From assembly GCA_965203355.1 (NCBI GenBank), contig OZ241889.1, positions 3,872,001 through 3,936,000 on the forward strand: 64,000 nucleotides of DNA. Reading direction: 5' to 3'. Both the position numbers and the translations under genes were made by a program. Numbering within the stretch: position 1 is the stretch's first letter; every line of letters begins with the position of its first letter. The notes beneath the pieces were generated by a model. The model was given only the letters and a program-made list of their open reading frames with translations, made no database searches and was not told the DNA's origin. Positions 52,265-62,011 of this stretch are shown here, piece after piece. Origin of the DNA: Candidatus Latescibacterota bacterium. GTDB taxonomy: Bacteria > Latescibacterota > UBA2968 > UBA8231.

Positions 52265-53248
52265 TCAACACACCATGCCCCGCTTGGCGCGGATGCCGTG
52301 CGCGGGCGGATCGTCGCCGATCCAACGCTCATCTACTGGCTCGTGGGACCGCTGGTAGCGCGTATCGGCAGACAGGCGAATGCGGTCCGTCTGGTTGTCT
52401 GAGCTGGCGTGCAACAGGTACATGCAGAAGACCAGCAAATCTCCCATCTGGTATTCGGCCGTCAGCCAGCGGCCCTGTAGCTCATCGCGCACGGCAATCG
52501 CGTCGTGCGAGTAAGCCCCGGACGAGTTCCAGCGAATTTGTGCGCGTTCTTCTTGGGTCAGTTCGCGGCCCTGCTGCTGCGCGGCCTCGACGATTTGGCG
52601 CGCGGTGGGACCGTCGTTTTCGCAAAACGCATCCACATCGGTCTGGCCGTAGCCTTGTTTCAGCGCTTCGTTCTTGTGCGACCCCTCTAACACCATCAGC
52701 CCCCCCATCTCGCAGGGTACGTCGCTGAAAGGAGTCCACGACGTATAGAGCGCCTTGGTGCCTCGGCCCATATAGACAATGTCGCAGTGAGGAGTCGTCG
52801 CCGTGTGTGTGCCCGGCTGCTTGGCGCGAAACCAAGTGTAGTCGTAATGCCGAACCGGGCCGCCTAAGAAGAACTCGTAAAAATCCATCATCGGACCGTC
52901 GTAGAGGACCTTGTCCAGCGGCGGATTGTTGTGCGCTAAAACTGGCATAAAAGGGCCCGTGGCCGCCGAATTGATCGGCTTGCCCGTGGCCACTACGCCT
53001 TCTAGGGGCGGTCGCGCTGGGTCTAGCACCCCAGACTTGAAGAGCCGAGCGCACAATTCGGCCCGCGCTGCCAACACGTCGTGCCGATCCAAATACCCCG
53101 GCAAAAACAAATACCCATCTTCCACCATCCGCTCCCAGAGTGCGGCCCGATCGCCGACTATATCATCTGAGCGGCGGAGTTCGCCAACCTGATCCATGGC
53201 GATCGGCCTGCCGCTATACGTGAGCTGAGGTATGGTTGCCGTAATCAT
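52265..53248 (-). CDS. Phytanoyl-CoA dioxygenase (PhyH) family Fe(II)/2OG enzyme
   Basis: EDGYLFL, PHCD (HxD), WTP, GGLMVLEGSH, LHAS..N...RLS.D.RY. Confidence 0.9.
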   Translation of the reverse strand: MITATIPQLTYSGRPIAMDQVGELRRSDDIVGDRAALWERMVEDGYLFLPGYLDRHDVLAARAELCARLFKSGVLDPARPPLEGVVATGKPINSAATGPFMPVLAHNNPPLDKVLYDGPMMDFYEFFLGGPVRHYDYTWFRAKQPGTHTATTPHCDIVYMGRGTKALYTSWTPFSDVPCEMGGLMVLEGSHKNEALKQGYGQTDVDAFCENDGPTARQIVEAAQQQGRELTQEERAQIRWNSSGAYSHDAIAVRDELQGRWLTAEYQMGDLLVFCMYLLHASSDNQTDRIRLSADTRYQRSHEPVDERWIGDDPPAHGIRAKRGMVC

Positions 53249-53316
53249 AGGTAGCCCTTTCTGGAGCTAAAATTACGCTGTTGGCCCTCATAAGCAAATG
53301 ACCACCCGGGCGGCGA

Positions 53317-53345
53317 TTGACCTACAGAAGTTTACCCATTACATT
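53317..53345 (+). promoter_or_regulatory. Sigma70 promoter of the D,D-carboxypeptidase gene
   Basis: TTGACC-N17-TACATT. Confidence 0.55.
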
Positions 53346-53401
53346 AGAAAACCCCGTTTTGCCATCCCCATCATCCCCGTCCGCTTTTTGATCGAGAGAA
53401 C

Positions 53402-54532
53402 ATGTACCTTCGTTTGCTGTGCGTCGCCCTATGTTTGTCTTGTGTACCGCTGCAAGCCGCCGTCTTCGACCCCGGCCCAAAGCCACCGTATGCCGCTGCC
53501 ATCTTGCTCGAAGCCGAAAGCGGCACCGTCCTTTTTGCCCACCACCCAGATAGACAGCGCTCGCCGGCCAGTACCCAAAAGCTGGTTCTCGAACTCGTGG
53601 TCTTGGAATTGGCCAAAGCCGGCAAAATCTCGCTAGAAGACTCGGTCTCGGTCTCGCATCGCGCCGCGCGCACCGGCGGCTCTCAGGTTTTCTTGAAGCA
53701 AGGCGAAGTCTTTACCCTGAGGGAACTGATGGAGGCTGCGGCCATTGCCTCGGCCAACGATGCTTGCGTCGCCATTGCCGAGCACGTCAGCGGATCGACC
53801 GCCGGCTTTGTCAAGCTGATGAACGAGCGCATCCAAAGCCTCGGAATGCACAACACCCGGGTTGTCAATGTCCACGGCCTCGACGACACGCCACGTGGCC
53901 GGGGCAACCTAAGCACGGCCCACGACCTCTCCAAAATCGCCCGTGCGCTCATATTGGACCACCCGGAGGTCCTTCAATGGTCGTCCATCCGCCGCAAGCC
54001 TTTCCGCAACGGCAAGTTCATGCTCTACGCCACCAACAGGCTGCTAGGGCGGTTCCGGGGGCTTGACGGGCTAAAAACCGGCTATACGCGCCGCGCCGGC
54101 TCCTGCCTCGTTTCCACGGCCATGCGCCGCGATATGCGCCTAATCTCTGTGATCTTGGGGGCTTCCTCTGCGCGCGTTCGCAACCGCGAGACTCGCCGCC
54201 TGCTAACTTGGGGCTTTGATAATTTCTCGCGCGTACCCATCGTCGAAACCGGCGAGTTGATGGGCAAGGTCGCGCTCAACTGGGGCATAGAGCCAGAGGT
54301 GCGCGTCTTAGCCCAAGACACTATAATCGCCGTGCTTACCTCCGAACAGCAGCAGCGGCTCGTCCGCGACCTAGAGCTACCCGAGGCATGTACCGCACCG
54401 GTCGCTGCCGGAACTGAACTGGGCAAACTGCGAGTCTCGCTGGGCGACAGCCTACTGGCCGTGGTGCCCATCCACGCTGAAAAAAGCATCGACCGCATGG
54501 GGCTGTGGGACAAGCTAATGACGTATTTTTGA
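53402..54532 (+). CDS. dacA: D-alanyl-D-alanine carboxypeptidase (peptidase S11, PBP5/6-like)
   Basis: Signal peptide; PASTQK (SxxK), SAND (SxN), HGL, GLKTGYT (KTG). Confidence 0.93.
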   Translation: MYLRLLCVALCLSCVPLQAAVFDPGPKPPYAAAILLEAESGTVLFAHHPDRQRSPASTQKLVLELVVLELAKAGKISLEDSVSVSHRAARTGGSQVFLKQGEVFTLRELMEAAAIASANDACVAIAEHVSGSTAGFVKLMNERIQSLGMHNTRVVNVHGLDDTPRGRGNLSTAHDLSKIARALILDHPEVLQWSSIRRKPFRNGKFMLYATNRLLGRFRGLDGLKTGYTRRAGSCLVSTAMRRDMRLISVILGASSARVRNRETRRLLTWGFDNFSRVPIVETGELMGKVALNWGIEPEVRVLAQDTIIAVLTSEQQQRLVRDLELPEACTAPVAAGTELGKLRVSLGDSLLAVVPIHAEKSIDRMGLWDKLMTYF

Positions 54533-54538
54533 GCGCGG

Positions 54539-54967
54539 CTATTTGTGGTACCGTCCGCCGTTTAGAATGTCAAAGGACCGATACAAGGCTTCCAACAACA
54601 GCAGGCGCGCCAACTGGTGAGAAAAAGTCAGCGGCGACAGCGACCATCGCTCTTGTATGTGGGATTTTACCCCTGCTGGCATTCCTTCAGCCCCGCCTAT
54701 TACCAACACTAGGTGCGAACGGCTTTGGTTCATCAGCCGCTGGAGCCGTTGCGCCAACTGCTCAGAAGTAAACGGCTCTCCTTCCGCGTACAGCCCGACG
54801 ACATACGTCCCTTGCAATAGTTGGTCCGGTAGGTCGCCCCGCGCCTTGCCTCGGCAGAGCGCGACCCGTGCCTGCCGCGAGAGCCGCTTGATATATTCCT
54901 GCTCGGCAGTGGCTAGTGCTGCGTTGCGGTGTTTCTCGTAGGAGACAATGCTGATCTGCATCGGCAC
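54539..54967 (-). CDS. rlmH: 23S rRNA m3-pseudouridine1915 methyltransferase RlmH
   Basis: EYIKRL, VIGGAEG, SLSPLTFSHQLARLLLLEALYRS...YHK. Confidence 0.92.
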   Translation of the reverse strand: MPMQISIVSYEKHRNAALATAEQEYIKRLSRQARVALCRGKARGDLPDQLLQGTYVVGLYAEGEPFTSEQLAQRLQRLMNQSRSHLVLVIGGAEGMPAGVKSHIQERWSLSPLTFSHQLARLLLLEALYRSFDILNGGRYHK

Positions 54968-56019
54968 TAGTAGTGATCGGGCGCAATCGACAGGGCCCGG
55001 TTCTCCAGCGGCAAGGATACCCGCGCTCCGCCTTGCCGATGCGACTCGACGATCGCGAAAATCAGCTCTTGGCTGCGACAGGCGAGCGGCAGATTGCCTT
55101 GAGTATCGCCGTCCTCGTCGAGTGCCCGAACGATGTCCTCCATCCCGCGCAGCGTACCGCTCTCAATGATAGCCTCGGGCGCATCCATTGGGCGCAATGC
55201 TCCGTGCTCGTCTTTCTTGCGCAGGCTATAACCTATCCCATTGCTCAGGGTGCGTAGCGTACCCTCGGTGCCGCTGATTTCAAATTCCCAGCCGGGCGCC
55301 CCTACCAGATAGGCGTGGATCCCGTTTTTGAATTTTGCGTATCCATTGCTTATCGGCGGATCTATGGTCAGCCGGTCGCCCGCCCAATCTGCGGCCTCGG
55401 CCTGTACCGTCCCTTGGGCGAATTCTGCCTCCGAGTCCAGCGCGAAAAAGAGCATCATGTCGGCCGCGTGCGTATGCCCCCATTGCGCCGCGCTGATCCC
55501 GCAGTTTGCCACGACCGCCTGTACCGCGCCGATCTCGCCGCGCTCGATCATGGAGCGCGCATTGCGATAGAGCGCGGCGTAACGCCGCTGCGTACCGTAG
55601 TTGAATTTGACGCCCCGCGGCATACAGGCTTGCAGCATGGCATCCATTTCGCGTACGGCGTTGCACAGCGACTTTTCGCAGTAGATGCCTTTGACGCCGG
55701 CTTCAGCGGCAAAAATCACCTGCTCGGCGTGCGGCCCCGGTCGGGTGGCAATGCTGACCACGTCGAGATTTTCGCGCTCGATCATTGCCCGGTAGTCGGC
55801 ATAGGCTCGCTGAGCACCGTAGCGGTCGCGGATGCGTTCGGCCTTCTCCGCGATCGGGTCGCAGACAGCGACCAATTCCATGCGCTCGCAGGCGACGATG
55901 GCAGCCGCGTGCGAATACGGCAGGTAGAGCCGGGCATGGGGGTGGCCTTTGACTTCGTCGTCAATAGTGGCACCCATGCGCCCGCAGCCGATGAGTCCAA
56001 CTCGGTAGGTAGAGGGCAT
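54967..56019 (-). CDS. Gfo/Idh/MocA oxidoreductase
   Basis: VGLIGCGRMG, LDVVSIAT, IYCEKSL, GTQRRY. Confidence 0.88.
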   Translation of the reverse strand: MPSTYRVGLIGCGRMGATIDDEVKGHPHARLYLPYSHAAAIVACERMELVAVCDPIAEKAERIRDRYGAQRAYADYRAMIERENLDVVSIATRPGPHAEQVIFAAEAGVKGIYCEKSLCNAVREMDAMLQACMPRGVKFNYGTQRRYAALYRNARSMIERGEIGAVQAVVANCGISAAQWGHTHAADMMLFFALDSEAEFAQGTVQAEAADWAGDRLTIDPPISNGYAKFKNGIHAYLVGAPGWEFEISGTEGTLRTLSNGIGYSLRKKDEHGALRPMDAPEAIIESGTLRGMEDIVRALDEDGDTQGNLPLACRSQELIFAIVESHRQGGARVSLPLENRALSIAPDHY

Positions 56020-56131
56020 TGTGCTCTCCTTTCTGGGTAGTGGATCGCTTTTTGTCTCTTTATTAAAGAGCTAGAATTTTCAAAGCGACCGACTACCAAT
56101 AAGAAAAAGTGGCGGCGGACGCTATTGAAAA

Positions 56132-56249
56132 TTCGATCATGGTACATTTTGCAATCTCCAATTGTCGCGGTGCGGTTGAGGTCGGGCTTGGGGTTGAACC
56201 GGGGCGATCCAACGGGAGTAAAGCTAAATTTCAAACTGTACCACTACCC
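56132..56249 (-). mobile_element. ~120-bp MITE-like dispersed repeat, copy 2
   Basis: Reverse complement aligns with 47120-47242. Inverted repeats TGGTACATTTTGCAAT (56140) and ATTTCAAACTGTACCA (56228). Confidence 0.7.
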
Positions 56250-56263
56250 CTTTCGGCGCAATC

Positions 56264-56292
56264 TTGACGCAGTTTGTACGCTGGGATATATT
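56264..56292 (+). promoter_or_regulatory. Sigma70 promoter of the tRNA gene
   Basis: TTGACG-N17-TATATT, 25 nt before the tRNA. Confidence 0.65.
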
Positions 56293-56317
56293 AATCGTTT
56301 GCAATTAGGCAACACGA

Positions 56318-56394
56318 GGGCGATTAGCTCAGCTGGCTAGAGCGCCTGCTTGACATGCAGGAGGTCACTAGTTCAAGTCTAGTATCGCCCACCA
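56318..56394 (+). tRNA. tRNA-Val (GAC)
   Basis: GGGCGAT/ATCGCCC acceptor stem, AGCTCAGCTGG D-arm, CCTGC-TTGACAT-GCAGG anticodon arm, GTTCAAGT T-loop, encoded CCA. Confidence 0.97.
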
Positions 56395-56400
56395 TCTTCT

Positions 56401-56430
56401 AAGCCCCTGATTTTTCAGGGGCTTTTTTTT
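56401..56430 (+). terminator. Rho-independent terminator
   Basis: AAGCCCCTGA-TTTT-TCAGGGGCTT followed by a T run. Confidence 0.9.
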
Positions 56431-56852
56431 ATGGGAATTATATTCCAAGCGCGCCAACTAAGAAGCCTTTTTAAGATTATTCTTATTGTTTTTTGAGCCT
56501 CCAAAAAAGCCTGGTAGTACTGGAGTCTCGCCCGCGGAAAACGCCCGATCGAGGAACCGCTCGACCGCCCGTTGAAGTAGTCCGACGAGAATTTTAAAAA
56601 CGCTTCTTAGGAGAAATAGGCGGGAGTGCCGATAAAGGCTATTGACCAGCCTCCAGCGTCCTCACGCATCGCCGATACGCCCGGCCAAGTTCTCCTGCTG
56701 GACCGAGTTGCGCGGCACGGCTATCGGGAACAAGTAGCGGATTACACATCTGGCCAGCATCAGCTTGGAGACCCCTTCTGTGCGGCGATCGATTTCGTCC
56801 AGCCCGATCTCGCAGAGCCTCCGGCGCGGAAATCCCCGCGCTTTCGCAATCA

Positions 56853-57407
56853 TCAGGGCTTGGCGAGCCTGAAAGACGCGAAAAATCGCTCGATGTCGGC
56901 GGAATCGTCAAACGCGGACGGTGCTCCGACCACCATCAAGCTATAGAGCCGCTGGTCCACTTGTAGGCTCTGCACTCGCAACAGGCTTTGGTCGGCAGCT
57001 TGTATCTGCGTCTGCCAAGCGGGGTACCCGTCTATCTCAATGGCGACCTCCGACCGGATCGTCCCCTGCACCTTCTGCAAGATGGCATCCCGACGTGCAG
57101 CGATCGCGCTATCGGCTTGGACGGCCTCGGGCACATCTCCGTAGGCAATGGCGTACTGCACGTCGGCGCGTTCGAACATCAGGTACTGGAACTCTACCTC
57201 GCCAAAGGACAACGGCTCGCGCAGCTTGCGCAGATTGGGCCGACCGGCTGTCTGCACTGCGAAAGCTCCTTGCTCGTGGAGCCGCTCCTCCCATTCCGGC
57301 TCGCCGCGCACCCAATTGACCACATTGTAGGCGACAATAGCCCCGAGCACGACGAAGAACAGCTTGACGGACCACAGGTCCGTTTTGGTCTTAGGTTCTC
57401 GGCCCAT
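56853..57407 (-). CDS. Hypothetical membrane-anchored protein (PsbP-like fold possible)
   Basis: 184 aa with one N-terminal transmembrane segment; IEIDGYPA, RLYSLMVV, ERFFASFRL pattern. Confidence 0.7.
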   Translation of the reverse strand: MGREPKTKTDLWSVKLFFVVLGAIVAYNVVNWVRGEPEWEERLHEQGAFAVQTAGRPNLRKLREPLSFGEVEFQYLMFERADVQYAIAYGDVPEAVQADSAIAARRDAILQKVQGTIRSEVAIEIDGYPAWQTQIQAADQSLLRVQSLQVDQRLYSLMVVGAPSAFDDSADIERFFASFRLAKP

Positions 57408-57413
57408 TTTGGC

Positions 57414-58232
57414 TCAGGCCAGCCCTAACTTCTCTTCGGCACTGTCTGCGGGGATATAGCCCAAGACTTGGCGCGGATGGTCGATATCGACCCAGCGCCA
57501 GCGGTTGTTGGACACTCCGTAAAAAATATCGAAGCGCAAGTCCGCAGGTGCTTCAATGGCGCACTGCACGAGCTGAACCACGTCGCGCTGGCTACACCAA
57601 ATGGCCCCGCCCCGCTCGTCGCGCGGATGGTCTTCGGCATTGACCCAGCCAATGCGCAGACAAGGCACCGACATATTGTGCACGTCAGCGTAGTAGCGCG
57701 CTAGGGCTTCGCCCCAGATCTTGGTCGCTGGATACAGGCCAGTGGGCCGATACGGCCACTCGTGCGTCACGGCCTGTATATGACCCGCATCGACCGCGTC
57801 GAAGCGCCCTTCGGAAATGGCCTTGTACGGGTCCTCCTGCTGGTAGCCCCAAGACACCATGATCGAACTGGCGAAGACCACGCGCCGGACGCCAGAGCGA
57901 CACGCAGCCTCCAGCACATTGCGCGCCCCAACGATATTGCTGCCGAGCAGACTCTCCCAACTAGCATCTGGCCGCGGATCGGCCGCCAGTTGCACGACCA
58001 CGTCCATGCCCGCGACAGCCTTGGCTATCGCGTTGTAGTCGGTCAAGTCTGCGAGGATGAATTTTTCCTCGGGAATTCCCAACGCTGCGTCCTTGGGCGT
58101 CCGTTCCGAAAGTTGGGACCGCCGCGCCAGACCATAGAGATCATAGCGGGCAGGTTGAGTGCGCAAATGCCGATATACGACCCCGGCGATCAATCCGCAG
58201 ACGCCGGTGATTAAGACTTTCTTGGGGGCCAT
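57414..58232 (-). CDS. NAD-dependent epimerase/dehydrogenase (uronate-dehydrogenase-like)
   Basis: VLITGVCGLIA, VFASS, YPATKIWGE, CLRIG, FYGVSNN; GAGGAG SD before the ATG at 58232. Confidence 0.88.
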   Translation of the reverse strand: MAPKKVLITGVCGLIAGVVYRHLRTQPARYDLYGLARRSQLSERTPKDAALGIPEEKFILADLTDYNAIAKAVAGMDVVVQLAADPRPDASWESLLGSNIVGARNVLEAACRSGVRRVVFASSIMVSWGYQQEDPYKAISEGRFDAVDAGHIQAVTHEWPYRPTGLYPATKIWGEALARYYADVHNMSVPCLRIGWVNAEDHPRDERGGAIWCSQRDVVQLVQCAIEAPADLRFDIFYGVSNNRWRWVDIDHPRQVLGYIPADSAEEKLGLA

Positions 58233-58798
58233 TGCTCTGGTTCTCCTCTGGGGTGTTCGATTGTGGTAATGTGGCGCAGGGCGCGGTAGCGCTGGTCGCA
58301 ATCCATGCCGTAGCCAACGACGAACGCGTCTTCAATCTCAAAACCACAGTAATCTATCGGCAATGGAAACTCCCGGCGGACGCGTTTGTTCAGTAGCGCA
58401 CATGTTCTGAGTGAAAGCGGTTGCTGCGACTTTATCTTGGCCAGCACAAAATCTAGGGATCGGCCCCTATCGACGATGCCGTCGACGATTAGTACGTCCC
58501 GTCCGGCCACTGCGACAACGAGGTCCTTGGTCAACTTGAGCTGCCCGGTACTCTCCGTGCCCTGATAGCTCGAAACACCGATGAAGTCGTAGTCCAACCG
58601 CGCCAACAGTTCCTCGGGCAAGCGATCTATCAGGGCCATCATAAACTGCACTGCTCCGTTGAGGAGGCCGATAAATAAGGGAGACGACCCAGCGTAGTCG
58701 GCGGCTAGTTCCTGGACCAACTCGCCGACGCGCCTTTCTACTTGCTGGCGCTCGATCAGCACTTTTAAGATAGGGGGTTCCAACGGACTGCGGGGCAT
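58211..58798 (-). CDS. hpt: Hypoxanthine phosphoribosyltransferase-like protein
   Basis: VSSYQG, VLIVDGIVDRGRSL, DYCGFEIEDAFVVGYGMD. The PRPP motif is atypical. Confidence 0.82.
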   Translation of the reverse strand: MPRSPLEPPILKVLIERQQVERRVGELVQELAADYAGSSPLFIGLLNGAVQFMMALIDRLPEELLARLDYDFIGVSSYQGTESTGQLKLTKDLVVAVAGRDVLIVDGIVDRGRSLDFVLAKIKSQQPLSLRTCALLNKRVRREFPLPIDYCGFEIEDAFVVGYGMDCDQRYRALRHITTIEHPRGEPEQWPPRKS

Positions 58799-58906
58799 GC
58801 CTTTGATTATATGGCATGGGCTGTTTTTTGCAAACAAAAGGCACCGAAGCAAAAGCTCCGATGCCCATGTTGGCCCGTCCTAAAGGCGGGCTGTGTCGCG
58901 GCCTGC

Positions 58907-59170
58907 TCAGGCGGCTTGACGGGTATTGTGCGGCATGTCCGGCTCCCGACCTAAGAGCACCTCAGCCGGGATGCTCGGTTGCTCGGGCACCTTCAGGGCG
59001 GTAGCTGCAACCAAGGCACTCAGTTGGTCGGCACTGGACATATCCAACTCGCCGCGCTGATAGGCCGCGTCAATGTGATCGCACAACAACTCCAAGTCGG
59101 CCCAAGAACGGGCTTGCCCAATGCGCGCCTGCAAGGGGATGGCCGCGGGGCTTAGTATGGTAGTCTGCAT
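58907..59170 (-). CDS. Small hypothetical protein (87 aa) downstream of recA
   Basis: Very strong SD AAGGAGGTG; plausible helical protein. Confidence 0.7.
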   Translation of the reverse strand: MQTTILSPAAIPLQARIGQARSWADLELLCDHIDAAYQRGELDMSSADQLSALVAATALKVPEQPSIPAEVLLGREPDMPHNTRQAA

Positions 59171-59285
59171 GGTTCACCTCCTTGGGGGAGTTAAGGAGTA
59201 CGCGCGGGTGCGAGGCACTGTAGGTGCCTTGGGGTGGGGTCTCCAGAGCGGCCTTGGCACCTCGACCCGCGAGCGCACAGAGGCT

Positions 59286-60368
<1,083 letters not shown>

Positions 60369-60433
60369 GATTTCCTCCTCGCGTGTTCCATAAGAAATGG
60401 TTATTGCACCGCCACCTGAACGACCTGAACAAA

Positions 60434-60462
60434 AAGATAGTGAATCAATGTTCAGGTGTCAA
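60434..60462 (-). promoter_or_regulatory. recA sigma70 promoter with a candidate SOS box in the spacer
   Basis: Minus strand reads TTGACA-CCTGAACATTGATTCAC-TATCTT (N17). Confidence 0.72.
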
Positions 60463-60634
60463 GTGTTTTTTCATTGAAGCAGATTAAACTGCGCTAGCTA
60501 CTTGTAACAAATGCCGTGCCAAACGGCAAAAATACGCGCAATTTATTGTTTAATAATGGGTTAGAAAAAGAATGAAAAGGGTGCAAAAAGCAAAAACTGG
60601 CAACTACGCGAAACAACACTGTGAAGAAAAGGGG

Positions 60635-62008
60635 CTAGCTTGAGCCAAAGGCGAGCGCTTCGGCGGCCTCCATCCCCCCCACCCCAACCACCTCCATCCT
60701 CGCGGGTCGCTTCCACCCCTGTAAGTTACTCCGCGCTACCAAACACCGCTCAAAACCCAAACTCCGCGCCTCGGCCACCCGCCGGTCAATTTGGTTCACC
60801 GGCCGGATCTCCCCGCCCAACCCAATCTCGCCAATGGCCACGGTCTTTGCGTCAATGGGCTTGTTGCAGAAGCTCGAGACAATGGCCAGCCCCACCCCCA
60901 TATCCACCGACGGCTCGTCGAGGCGAATGCCCCCTACTACATTGACGAAAATGTCCTCGCTCGACAGATCGTGGCCGCAGCGCTTTTCGAGCACCGCGAT
61001 AATAATCGAGAGCCGCTTGGCGTCGATGCCGGTGGCAACCCGTTGTGGATAACCAAAACTAGAGCGCGAGACGAGAGCTTGAATTTCGATCAAGAGCGGC
61101 CGCGTACCCTCCATGCTACAGACAATGGCCGAACCCGACACGCCCTCGGCGCGCTCGGCCAGCAGAATTTTGGAGGGATTGGCGACCTCGATTAGCCCTT
61201 GGTCCCGCATCTCAAAAATCCCGATCTCGTTGGTCGAACCAAAGCGGTTTTTGGCGGCACGCAGAATGCGGAAGTGGTGATGCCGCTCGCCCTCTAAATA
61301 GAGCACAGTATCGACTAAGTGCTCCAACACTCGCGGCCCGGCGACCGTGCCCTCTTTGGTCACGTGCCCGACCAAAAACGTGGGAATACCGCTCTCTTTG
61401 GCCAAATAGACCAGCAGCGCAGCGCACTCGCGCACTTGAGTTACGCTGCCGGGTGCGCTCTCTAACTCGGGCCGGTAAATGGTCTGGATCGAGTCGATGA
61501 TGATGGCCAGCGGGTCGGCCGATTGCAACTGGTCGAGAATGGCCGCGAGGCTAGTCTCGGCCATTACGTGCAGACTTTCGCACAACGCCCCTAAGCGCCC
61601 GGCACGCAGGCGGATCTGTGCGGCCGACTCCTCGGCAGAAATGTATGCGATGCGAACATCAGAGGCCGCTAGCTGTCCGGCCATCTGCAACAGGAGCGTC
61701 GATTTGCCAATGCCGGGGTCGCCGCCAACTAAGACGACTGAACCGGGCATGATGCCGCCGCCCAAGACCCGATCGAACTCGGAGATGCCGACTTTCAGCC
61801 GCTCGTGGTCTTGGTCATCAACTTGGGTAATGGGCTGCAATTGGGAGCGCGGCGAGACCGTCAGATGTTCGCGCCGACTGTCAGGTGCTTGAAGCTGCTC
61901 TTCGACGCAGGCGTTCCACTCGCCGCAGGCCACACAGCGGCCAAACCAGCGTGCGGCACTGTGGCCGCAGGACTGGCAGACGTAAGCGGAGCGATTCTTT
62001 TTGGCCAT
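60635..62008 (-). CDS. radA: DNA repair protein RadA/Sms
   Basis: CQSCG...CVAC zinc finger, GDPGIGKST, KNRFG, Lon-like C-terminus. Confidence 0.98.
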   Translation of the reverse strand: MAKKNRSAYVCQSCGHSAARWFGRCVACGEWNACVEEQLQAPDSRREHLTVSPRSQLQPITQVDDQDHERLKVGISEFDRVLGGGIMPGSVVLVGGDPGIGKSTLLLQMAGQLAASDVRIAYISAEESAAQIRLRAGRLGALCESLHVMAETSLAAILDQLQSADPLAIIIDSIQTIYRPELESAPGSVTQVRECAALLVYLAKESGIPTFLVGHVTKEGTVAGPRVLEHLVDTVLYLEGERHHHFRILRAAKNRFGSTNEIGIFEMRDQGLIEVANPSKILLAERAEGVSGSAIVCSMEGTRPLLIEIQALVSRSSFGYPQRVATGIDAKRLSIIIAVLEKRCGHDLSSEDIFVNVVGGIRLDEPSVDMGVGLAIVSSFCNKPIDAKTVAIGEIGLGGEIRPVNQIDRRVAEARSLGFERCLVARSNLQGWKRPARMEVVGVGGMEAAEALAFGSS

Positions 62009-62011
62009 GCC

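Noticed and set aside
56318-56850. Integrative element at tRNA-Val
   Set aside because: No integrase and no duplicated tRNA 3' end seen in the window. The short downstream ORFs (56626-56946, 56662-56853) have no recognisable features.
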